This document shows positions 18,659 to 26,800 of a stretch of DNA of 45,763 nucleotides, one piece after another. This DNA is from a candidate division WOR-3 bacterium. GTDB taxonomy: Bacteria; Hydrothermota; Tepidihabitantia; SM23-42; CAYGYG01. The stretch is taken from NCBI GenBank assembly GCA_965648915.1, contig CBFGIV010000015.1, positions 1 through 45,763 on the forward strand, read 5' to 3'. Made by a program: the position numbers and the translations under genes. Under the pieces are notes generated by a model that was not told the origin of the DNA, made no database searches, and saw only the letters and a program-made list of their open reading frames with translations. The number at the start of each line of letters is the position of its first letter. The first letter of the stretch is position 1.

Positions 18659-19942
18659 TTATCCCGCAAGATCATAAAAGACTAAACCGGATAGTAATTT
18701 AGGATAGAAGTCGGTCGATTTCTGGGGCATACGGTCACGCTGCTGGGCGACTTCTTTAACCTGAGAAGGCCGGGTAGGATTCATCAAGAAGCAAAACTGG
18801 AAGTTGCCATTCTTAACCTGTTCAATTGCCCTTTCAATACCCCGTTCATATTTAACATAGTTTTCAATCTCTTCAGGTTTGATCTTCAAAAGATGCTCAA
18901 TAATCAGAGTGTGGAGAATCACAACATCCAAATCCCGGTATTCAGCGGTCTTATCGGGCAGAAATTTAGACAGGATGTCAGAATTTTTCAACTTCAAGCG
19001 GTAGACACCCTGGGGCGAATAGAATCCGAAGGTTTTCACTTTTGCCTCGTTCAGTTCGCCGGCAATGGTTTTTTCGGTGCTCGTTTTAACCTCGAAGAAT
19101 TCTTCAACCGATTTAAGAAATTTACTTAAGTTAAAATCTTTGAGGTTCTTAATCAAACGATGGGTAGGCAGAATGACAAGACCCGGGTCTTCAATATTGA
19201 CCAGTGTTACCAGTCGAAAATTATATGGTTCATTACCGGTATGTTTAGGGTTTTTGTTCGTCTCCTCTTCGCAATAGTTGAAAGATGTCTCATACCGGTG
19301 GTGACCATCAGCAATAACCAGGATTGAATTCTTCAATATCTGCTGTGCCTGATTGATCATACTTGAATCAGCAATCTTCCACACCCGATGGCGGACATTG
19401 TTGGAATCGATCAAATCTATTAACGGGGCATTTTTTGTTTCTGATTCACACAGACGATTGATCCGATTCTCAGGGTCAGTATAGAGCATAAATACATACT
19501 CAAGGTTCTTCTTTGTTATCCGCATCAGGTTGAGCCGGTCGGCCTTGGGTTTAGAGAGGGTCCGCTCGTGTGGAAGAATGCTCCCCTTACCGAGTTCTTC
19601 GATCCTTAAGAGGCAGATGAGCCCTTTGCGGAGATACTCTTTCTGATCAACTTTAAAAGTTTGATAATAGGGATAGAGAGAAGGTTCGGGGTCTTTAATA
19701 AAAATATTCTCTTTAAGCCAGGATTCGAGATAATTTTTAGCATCCTGATACTCTCTCTCCCGATCATGACCGGCGGTCTCTTTAGTAAGGATCAGACGAA
19801 CAAAATTATATGGACTCCTCCTTTTGTATTCTTTCTCCATCTCGTCGTTAATCTGGTCATAGGGCTGTGCCGTTACATCGGCGAGATTCTTGATCTTTTC
19901 TGGATTATAACGAATTCCACAGAAAGGCCTTATTTCCGGCAT
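18659..19942 (-). CDS. DUF1015 family protein
   Basis: IRPF.GIRY, PYD, ILPHERT, IADGHHRY, LPTHR, MPQKSTDFYPKL; follows serA. Confidence 0.9.
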   Translation of the reverse strand: MPEIRPFCGIRYNPEKIKNLADVTAQPYDQINDEMEKEYKRRSPYNFVRLILTKETAGHDREREYQDAKNYLESWLKENIFIKDPEPSLYPYYQTFKVDQKEYLRKGLICLLRIEELGKGSILPHERTLSKPKADRLNLMRITKKNLEYVFMLYTDPENRINRLCESETKNAPLIDLIDSNNVRHRVWKIADSSMINQAQQILKNSILVIADGHHRYETSFNYCEEETNKNPKHTGNEPYNFRLVTLVNIEDPGLVILPTHRLIKNLKDFNLSKFLKSVEEFFEVKTSTEKTIAGELNEAKVKTFGFYSPQGVYRLKLKNSDILSKFLPDKTAEYRDLDVVILHTLIIEHLLKIKPEEIENYVKYERGIERAIEQVKNGNFQFCFLMNPTRPSQVKEVAQQRDRMPQKSTDFYPKLLSGLVFYDLAG

Positions 19943-19990
19943 ATCTTCTCCTTTATCTCGATTTCTCGATATCTCTTTAAGGCTGATTTT

Positions 19991-20893
19991 TTATTTACCC
20001 TGCAGGGCCTGCTGGACCAGTTCGGCAATCTGAACCCCGGCTCGATACTGGCCTTCTTCAGTCTGGGCGCCAATATGGGGTGTGGCAATGACCTGCTCTA
20101 AGGAGAAGAGTTTATGCTCTTTGGCCGGTTCGGTCTCATAGACATCAAGGGCAGCAACCCGGACTTTTCCCTGAACAATTGCGTCATACAGAGCATCCTC
20201 ATCAACCACACCGCCGCGGGCACAATTGATGATGACAACCCCTTGCTTCATCTTTGCAAAAGCGGCCTTGTTTAGAATATGGGTCGTTTCCGGTGTCTTG
20301 GGGATATGTAGAGAAATATAATCTGATTCTCTGAGGACTGTATCGAGATCGACCATCTCTGCGTAATCGTGCCGGTTCACGGCCGGATCGACTGCAATAA
20401 CTCTCATGCCCATCGCCCGGGCTCGCTTTGCCAGTTCAGTCCCAATCCGGCCAATGCCGATAAGTCCGAGTGTCTTACCATAAAGTTCAAAACCATGAAA
20501 TTTCTTCTTCTCCCACTTTCCTGCCTTGGTTGAGATGCTTGCCTGGGGTAACATCCGGGCGGCAGAGAGCATCAGACCGAGTGACAATTCAGCAACCGAA
20601 ATCGAGGTTGCGGCCGGGGTATTTACAACCTTAATGTTCCTGGCCTTGGCCGCATCTTTATCAACATTGTCAAGGCCCACTCCGGCCCGGCCGATCACCT
20701 TTAGGTTCTTGCCTGCGGCAATCACCTCTTTGGTTACTTTAGTGGCACTCCGGACGATAATAGCATCATAATCCGGAATAGTCTTAATGAGCTCTTCAGG
20801 TGGTAAGCCCGGTTTTTCATCGACAACAAAACCTGCCTTCCTGAGGAGTTCAACTCCTTCCTTGGCAATGGGATCGCTGATTAAAATCTTCAT
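19991..20893 (-). CDS. serA: D-3-phosphoglycerate dehydrogenase, short form without ACT domain
   Basis: VRSATKV, RAGVGLDNVD, GIGRIG, NCARGG, TPHIGA; SD AGGAG. Confidence 0.88.
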   Translation of the reverse strand: MKILISDPIAKEGVELLRKAGFVVDEKPGLPPEELIKTIPDYDAIIVRSATKVTKEVIAAGKNLKVIGRAGVGLDNVDKDAAKARNIKVVNTPAATSISVAELSLGLMLSAARMLPQASISTKAGKWEKKKFHGFELYGKTLGLIGIGRIGTELAKRARAMGMRVIAVDPAVNRHDYAEMVDLDTVLRESDYISLHIPKTPETTHILNKAAFAKMKQGVVIINCARGGVVDEDALYDAIVQGKVRVAALDVYETEPAKEHKLFSLEQVIATPHIGAQTEEGQYRAGVQIAELVQQALQGK

Positions 20894-20901
20894 TACTGCT
20901 C

Positions 20902-21972
20902 CTATGTTAATTTGAGTATCTCATTTATATTTTTGATCAAATCCCTGACTTCATCAAGTGTTAGGTCACCCATATGGGCGATACGGAAGGTCTTTTCCTT
21001 TAAATCTCCATAACCATTCGATATCGCATAACCTCTTGTTCCCAGTTCTTTGTTGGTCTCAGCAACATTGATACCCCGGGTATTGGTGACACAGGTGAGT
21101 GTTACCGATTCATAACCCGGTTCCGGGAATAAGGCAAAATATTTCTTCGCCCAGTCTCGAACATAATTTGCCATCTCCAGATGTCTTTTATAACGGTTCT
21201 CCATCCCTTCAGTTAGGATCTTGTCCATCTGTTTATCAAGGGCATATATCAGGGTGACGGCTGGTGTTGTTGGTGTCTGCCGGTCTTTTTCATAGCGCTT
21301 GAGCATCGCATCAAAGTCAAAATAATAACCTCGATCCGGGATGGTTCGGGTCTTTTCCAGTGCCCGCTGGGTAACGGTGCATACCGCCAACCCCGGGGGG
21401 AGGGCAAAACATTTCTGACTGCTGGTCAGGCAGACATCGATCCCCAACCGGTCGATCTCAATCTTATCACCCATTAAAGAACTGACCGTATCGACCAGCC
21501 ACAAGACATCAGGATATCTTTTCATCACCTTTGATATCTCTTCGATGGGAGCACGAACACCGGTTGAAGATTCATTGTGCACCAGGGTTAATGCCTCATA
21601 TTTGCCCGCCCTGAGTTTATCCTCGATCATTTCAGGTTTTATCGCTTTTCCCCATTCAACCGAAAGGGCATCAGCCTTTTTACCACAGGCCTTGGCAATC
21701 TTGAACCAGCGGTCGCTGAAAGAGCCATTAACACAGCACAAAACCGATTCCTTTACGCAGTTCCTTATTGAACCTTCCATCACTCCGGTACCCGAGGAAG
21801 TGAAGACGATGGTATGATTCTGGGTGTTTAAAGCCTTTTTGATCTTATTGATCACACCTTCATAGAGGGTACCGAACTCCTTCATCCGATGGCCAATCAT
21901 CGGCTGGGATTGTGCCTTGAGAATATCTTCCCTTACCTCAGTTGGCCCGGGGATAAATAGTTTCTTATGCAT
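20902..21972 (-). CDS. Class V PLP aminotransferase (serine-pyruvate/phosphoserine aminotransferase-like)
   Basis: FIPGPT, SSGTG.ME, HNESSTG, VDTVSS, SSQKCFALPPG, FRIAHMG; ATG 21972 preceded by AAGGAGG. Confidence 0.9.
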   Translation of the reverse strand: MHKKLFIPGPTEVREDILKAQSQPMIGHRMKEFGTLYEGVINKIKKALNTQNHTIVFTSSGTGVMEGSIRNCVKESVLCCVNGSFSDRWFKIAKACGKKADALSVEWGKAIKPEMIEDKLRAGKYEALTLVHNESSTGVRAPIEEISKVMKRYPDVLWLVDTVSSLMGDKIEIDRLGIDVCLTSSQKCFALPPGLAVCTVTQRALEKTRTIPDRGYYFDFDAMLKRYEKDRQTPTTPAVTLIYALDKQMDKILTEGMENRYKRHLEMANYVRDWAKKYFALFPEPGYESVTLTCVTNTRGINVAETNKELGTRGYAISNGYGDLKEKTFRIAHMGDLTLDEVRDLIKNINEILKLT

Positions 21973-22043
21973 AAAACCTCCTTGGTTTTCAAACATCTAC
22001 AATTTCAAAAAAACAGCATCGATGAAATTTTGATCTGAGTTCA

Positions 22044-22439
22044 TTATTCTATTACTTTTATCCATACTTCTCTTGTTCTGGGGCCGTCAAATTCACACAA
22101 AAAAATACCCTGCCAGGAACCGAAGGCAGGCTTGCCGTCTTCGATGAAGATAGTGCGCGATGAGCCGATAATACTTGCCTTGATATGGGCGTCGGCATTT
22201 CCTTCACTATGTTCATAAGGGTCACCCGCAGGGATCAATCTCTTAAGCGCGCTCGAAATATCAGAACAAACACTCGGGTCGTAATTTTCGTTGATTGTTA
22301 CTGCCGCTGTTGTATGGGGAACAAAGATCACACAGACACCTTCTTTTATTTTACTCTTTTTTATGTATTCAGTAACGGGTTGCGTAATATCAATCAATTC
22401 ACATCGGCTTCTGGTTTTAACCCGAAAGGAATGAATCAC
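22044..22439 (-). CDS. yjbQ: YjbQ/UPF0047 family protein
   Basis: PHTTAA..NE, GNADAHIK, G.WQGI..EFDGPR. Confidence 0.93.
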   Translation of the reverse strand: MIHSFRVKTRSRCELIDITQPVTEYIKKSKIKEGVCVIFVPHTTAAVTINENYDPSVCSDISSALKRLIPAGDPYEHSEGNADAHIKASIIGSSRTIFIEDGKPAFGSWQGIFLCEFDGPRTREVWIKVIE

Positions 22440-22445
22440 CCATTT

Positions 22446-22473
22446 ACTATATACATTTTTTTGGTGTTGTCAA
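22446..22473 (-). promoter_or_regulatory. sigma70-type promoter for yjbQ, leaderless
   Basis: TTGACA-N16-TATAGT, 6 nt before GTG 22439. Confidence 0.72.
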
Positions 22474-22475
22474 GG

Positions 22476-22503
22476 TTGACTTTTATCTTATAAGATGTAT
22501 AAT
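22476..22503 (+). promoter_or_regulatory. sigma70-type promoter for the GT4 gene, leaderless
   Basis: TTGACT-N16-TATAAT, 5 nt before GTG 22509. Confidence 0.75.
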
Positions 22504-22508
22504 AGCTA

Positions 22509-23621
22509 GTGCATTTGCTGGTCATTAACTGGCAGGACTGGAGAAACCCCCTGGGCGGGGGAGCCGAAGTTTATCTTTATGAAATCTTTTCCCGTTTAAT
22601 CAAAAAAGGGCACAAGGTGACTCTTCTGGTTTCCCGACCTAGGGATTTCCCATATTATGAAAATTTAGAAGATTTTGAGATCTATCGTATCGGCAATCGA
22701 TATAATTTTAATTTTTTCGTGCCCTTCGCGGTCAAGGCATTACTTAGGCACCATCACTTCGACCTAATCATTGATGATTTAAATAAGATTCCATTCTTCA
22801 CACCGTTCTTTTTAAGAAAGAAACATTTTGCCCTGATGATGCATCTCTTCTTAAAAGATATTTACCGAGAAGTGGGAATTTTTCGAGGTACTTATGTCTA
22901 CTGGGCAGAACATTTGATTCCCTTCTTCTATCGTAAGACACCTTTTGTTGTCCTCTCGGAAAGCAGTAAAAAAGATCTGAGCCTGCTTGGCTTGAAAGAA
23001 GAAAATATCAAGATTGTCTATTGTGGAATTGATCAGAATAAATTTTTATATCGCAAAGAGAAGAAGGAGTTCGGTATAATCCTTTATATGGGCCGATTGA
23101 AAAGATATAAGTCGGTTGATCATCTTATTAAGGTTGTCCCATTACTGCTGAAAAAAAGGAGTGATTTCAAGATCATCATTGCTGGTGATGGTGATGCGCG
23201 GGATGAATTGATAAAATTGGCAAGGAAAGAAAGGGTTGAATCTTTCATCGAATTTAAATTTGATGTTAGTGAGCAGGAGAAGATTGAACTATACCAGCGA
23301 GCCTGGCTTTTGGTTCAACCATCAGTAAAAGAGGGATGGGGATTGACCGTGATTGAAGCTAACGCCTGTGGCACACCCTCAGTGGCTGCCCGCTCACCAG
23401 GGTTGATTGAATCGGTTCAGGATGGTAAGACCGGTTATCTCTATAATTATGGCGACTTAGAAGACCTTTGCCGAAAAATTGAAAGACTCTTGAGCAATCG
23501 TAAAGAATGGGAAGGGTTCTCGCAGGCATCGATTGAATGGGCAAAGCGATTCTCATGGGAGGAGTCTGCAAATGAGATGGAATCGATATTGACGGCCTTT
23601 TTGTCTGATCAGAAAAGATAA
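22509..23621 (+). CDS. Glycosyltransferase family 4
   Basis: NWQDWRNP.GGGAE, GRLKRYK, EGWGLTVIEANACG. Confidence 0.92.
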   Translation: MHLLVINWQDWRNPLGGGAEVYLYEIFSRLIKKGHKVTLLVSRPRDFPYYENLEDFEIYRIGNRYNFNFFVPFAVKALLRHHHFDLIIDDLNKIPFFTPFFLRKKHFALMMHLFLKDIYREVGIFRGTYVYWAEHLIPFFYRKTPFVVLSESSKKDLSLLGLKEENIKIVYCGIDQNKFLYRKEKKEFGIILYMGRLKRYKSVDHLIKVVPLLLKKRSDFKIIIAGDGDARDELIKLARKERVESFIEFKFDVSEQEKIELYQRAWLLVQPSVKEGWGLTVIEANACGTPSVAARSPGLIESVQDGKTGYLYNYGDLEDLCRKIERLLSNRKEWEGFSQASIEWAKRFSWEESANEMESILTAFLSDQKR

Positions 23622-23638
23622 GCAATTCGAATTATACC

Positions 23639-23666
23639 TTGATTATTAAAGGTCTTTGAATATACT
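23639..23666 (+). promoter_or_regulatory. sigma70-type promoter, leaderless
   Basis: TTGATT-N16-TATACT, 6 nt before ATG 23673. Confidence 0.65.
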
Positions 23667-23672
23667 CTACTT

Positions 23673-24590
23673 ATGATTGAACACCTTAAGAATATCGAAA
23701 AGATTCTCCTCTATACCCTGGAGGTCCTGGTCCCCCAGAAGATCGTTAATATTCTCTATGATAAGATTCATCAACTGATCGATGCCCAGATCCTCAAGCG
23801 GGATGTAGAAAACTTTTCATCCTATTTTAAGTTTGTCCTATCATCGTCGGCCATTCCCAAAAAATTATTAATCAACGAAGAGATTGTCCGGGTCTTTATC
23901 GACCGGACCTACTCCGGCTTTGATCAGACATTGCGTGACCAGAGGGCGCAAAGGGTATTTGAATATTTAAAAGAAAAGATTGGGGCAGGGGTTGAAATCA
24001 ATATTAAAAATCTAAGCCGATTAGACCGGATTTTATCTTATGAGTCGAGACCAAACTTTGATCGAGTTAAGGAAAGAATTTTAATTGCCTTAATTCTCAA
24101 ATGGTTTCAGGGCCCTCTACAGGAGCGGATTTCTGATGAGTTAAATGATTATATAATCTTCCTTGCAACCAGTTTTGGCCAGTATCGATCCGAACGGGTG
24201 CTAAATGTTGAGAATGTTACTTTTGAAGTCTCGCAGAATGACTTGGATCTGATTATAAGTGAATTTTCCAATTTTGAATTTGCCTTGCTTGAAGCAATTG
24301 AAGAGATCCGTAATGCCTACTCCCGACCTTCTAAATCGCGCAACGGCCGGGACCAATTTCGTTTCGTCTTTGAATCGCTTGATCGACTTGCACTTAAGAG
24401 CCAGGAGGGAAAACTAAATGATGTGTCCGCATTTAAGGACAAGATAATCGTTGCTACTACCTTAATCTATCTTCAGGATGAATTCGTCGAGAAAGATGTC
24501 GAGGTTAAAAACCTTGTTCAATTATTTATCTCTCTGTACTATCAATTTCGCGATAAACGCCACACGCCTGAAATCTTACCCAAAAATTGA
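23673..24590 (+). CDS. Hypothetical protein, predicted mainly alpha-helical and cytoplasmic
   Basis: 305-aa ORF with its own promoter and protein-like composition; no family recognised. Confidence 0.75.
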   Translation: MIEHLKNIEKILLYTLEVLVPQKIVNILYDKIHQLIDAQILKRDVENFSSYFKFVLSSSAIPKKLLINEEIVRVFIDRTYSGFDQTLRDQRAQRVFEYLKEKIGAGVEINIKNLSRLDRILSYESRPNFDRVKERILIALILKWFQGPLQERISDELNDYIIFLATSFGQYRSERVLNVENVTFEVSQNDLDLIISEFSNFEFALLEAIEEIRNAYSRPSKSRNGRDQFRFVFESLDRLALKSQEGKLNDVSAFKDKIIVATTLIYLQDEFVEKDVEVKNLVQLFISLYYQFRDKRHTPEILPKN

Positions 24591-25815
24591 AGAAGTGGGT
24601 GGGTTCGTAAATTGCTTTGAGTCTTAAAAATTTCCTCTGTTTATAAACCCGAGCAACGATTGAAGCAACAAAACTTAAATGATCATTGGTATAGACTCGA
24701 CGGGGAACTGCAAGTCGAAAGGAATTGCCAAAGACCCCACCCCGAATACCACCCTCGAGATAGACTCCGCCGGCCAGGGCAAAGCCGGGATACGGGACAT
24801 TTATTCGATCTGTATGGATTACAATTGCATGGCCACCAAAAGGCTCAAAGACCGGGATACGGTATCTTTTTAGCTGTTCACCCAGGTGTCGGACCTGACC
24901 GATCCTGAAATCAAGATTGCTTTCATCGATTGCCTCGATAAGCCCCTGAGCCATTGCTGCCAAGTCACGACCTGTATTACCACCGTGACTGGGAAAGCCT
25001 TCATAAAGTAGTATCTTTTCGCTTAAGAGATCAAAATCTCTTTTATCCCTCATACCAATAAAACCACCAGTATTGGCCAGACCGTCTTTTTTATTGCTTA
25101 GATATATATAATCTGCGCGGTCAAAGATTGAACGAACGATCTCAGTAACCGGTTTATCTATCTTCAGGCGTATCTTATTGAAATAGCCATTCTCCGCAAA
25201 ACGACAGGCATCTAACAAAAGAATGGTACCGTATTTTTTAGTCAGGTCAGCAATCTCTTTAATATTGAAGTGACTGACTGGCTGTCCACCGTTCGTATTA
25301 CTGGTAATGGTAATGAGAACCATCTTAACCTTTTTGGTCTGTAGTAATTTCTTAGCTTTGCTGATATTCATATTGCCCGGGAAATTCCTGTTGCTATCCG
25401 GTAGGGCAAACGGTACGGCCTTAACATTTTTGATATTCTCCTCGGTTGTCTCGAAGAAGTTGTTTCCGAGAACGAGATCTCCAGGTTTCAGAAGATATTG
25501 AAAAAGAATATGTTCAGCTGCCCTGCCCTGATGCACGGGGAGGATATGCCTGAATCCTGTAACCCGTCGTGCGGTATCGACGAAATATTCATAAGAATCC
25601 TGAAAGGCAAAAGACTCGGTCGCCGCCGTGAGTCTTGCCCACTGTTCAGAACTCATCGCTGAAGTTCCACTGTCAGAAATTAGATCAATACTTACATACC
25701 GGCTGGGTATTAAAAAAGGGTTGTAGTGAGATTTTCTGAGAATCGATCGGCGCCGGAACGGGTCGAGCAAAGGGATAGGTTCAACAACCTTTATTCGGTA
25801 GGGTTCAAACTCCAT
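24526..25815 (-). CDS. Tryptophanase/tyrosine phenol-lyase family PLP beta-eliminating lyase, divergent active site
   Basis: EPYRIKVVE, DLISDSGT, HQGRAAE, DACRFAEN, SNKKDG (PLP Lys), YEGFP, RLAVPRRVYT; start ATG 25815 or TTG 25830. Confidence 0.88.
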   Translation of the reverse strand: MEFEPYRIKVVEPIPLLDPFRRRSILRKSHYNPFLIPSRYVSIDLISDSGTSAMSSEQWARLTAATESFAFQDSYEYFVDTARRVTGFRHILPVHQGRAAEHILFQYLLKPGDLVLGNNFFETTEENIKNVKAVPFALPDSNRNFPGNMNISKAKKLLQTKKVKMVLITITSNTNGGQPVSHFNIKEIADLTKKYGTILLLDACRFAENGYFNKIRLKIDKPVTEIVRSIFDRADYIYLSNKKDGLANTGGFIGMRDKRDFDLLSEKILLYEGFPSHGGNTGRDLAAMAQGLIEAIDESNLDFRIGQVRHLGEQLKRYRIPVFEPFGGHAIVIHTDRINVPYPGFALAGGVYLEGGIRGGVFGNSFRLAVPRRVYTNDHLSFVASIVARVYKQRKFLRLKAIYEPTHFFNFWVRFQACGVYREIDSTER

Positions 25816-25826
25816 AATGCCCGGTC

Positions 25827-26573
25827 TCAACGGCCAAAGACTTCAACCTGAACGCCGGTAATCTGTTTGGCATCCTGTGCAATCTTTAATAACTTTTCTA
25901 ATGAAATCGGTTTGAGGGTTTGATCCGCCGGTGAACGATCGAGAGAATAGATCTGAGCAATTTTCGGTTTTATTGTTTTAATTATCTTACACCAGTTACT
26001 CAGATGTTGGATATCACAATTGCTGAAACTGTTTTTAAAGAAAAGTGTCTGGGTATAGAGAGGGGTGTGATTCTTAAGATACCTGATATAGTCTTTAAGC
26101 CTAATTGAAATCAGCGGGCGATTTATTCTTTGGAAAGAATCTTCATCGCCCGCATCGAGTTTAACAATTACCTTGTCTATCAACTTAAAGGCTTCTCGCT
26201 TTTTGATACTGCTGAATCCGGTTCCATTGGTTAAAAGAGCAATCGGCACATGGGGCATAATTATATCTCGAACTTTTTTTATCCCATCAACAATAATATT
26301 GAATTTAGGATGAAGTGTTGGTTCGCCGTTGCCGGATAAAGTAATATGGTCGATTTCTGGTTCCTGACCCAGAATCTCCTCAACCGCATCAATAATTTCA
26401 CGCGCATCAGGGAATTCGCCCCTGGTCGGTCTGGTCTCACCATATTGACAGTAGATGCAGTTAAAGTTACAAACCTTAACCCTGAGGGGAAGGATATTAA
26501 TACCCAGGGAACGACCGAGCCGTCGTGAATTCACCGGTCCATAAACATAGGAACTCTGCAGGGGTATTGCCAT
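25827..26573 (-). CDS. Radical SAM protein (COG0731-like)
   Basis: YGPV.SRRLGRSLGIN, CNFNCIYCQ, SGNGEPTLHP, LTNG, KLDAG; likely start ATG 26573 (MAIPLQ). Confidence 0.9.
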   Translation of the reverse strand: MAIPLQSSYVYGPVNSRRLGRSLGINILPLRVKVCNFNCIYCQYGETRPTRGEFPDAREIIDAVEEILGQEPEIDHITLSGNGEPTLHPKFNIIVDGIKKVRDIIMPHVPIALLTNGTGFSSIKKREAFKLIDKVIVKLDAGDEDSFQRINRPLISIRLKDYIRYLKNHTPLYTQTLFFKNSFSNCDIQHLSNWCKIIKTIKPKIAQIYSLDRSPADQTLKPISLEKLLKIAQDAKQITGVQVEVFGR

Positions 26574-26656
26574 ATTTAAGAGGATAAATATTAATAAAAA
26601 GAGATAAAAAATCAAGAGGTATTTTCATTATAAAGAGAGGTTCCAGAATTTTTTAC

Positions 26657-26684
26657 TTGACAAATCTTAGAAATTGGTTAAAAT
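26657..26684 (+). promoter_or_regulatory. sigma70-type promoter giving a ~110-nt leader
   Basis: TTGACA-N16-TAAAAT. Confidence 0.7.
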
Positions 26685-26800
26685 TGATATACTTGATTTA
26701 GTTTGTAAAGAATCGAGAAAGCATTTATCAAGTTTGATTAGTATTTTTTCTTGATTCGGCATAACAAGGAGGTTCTTATCGAGTAGGCTACCTGTAGTAT

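Noticed and set aside
26574..26615. Hydrophobic N-terminal extension (MIFYLFLLIFILLN) on the radical SAM ORF
   Set aside because: Likely translation of AT-rich intergenic DNA from a TTG; family-like sequence begins after ATG 26573
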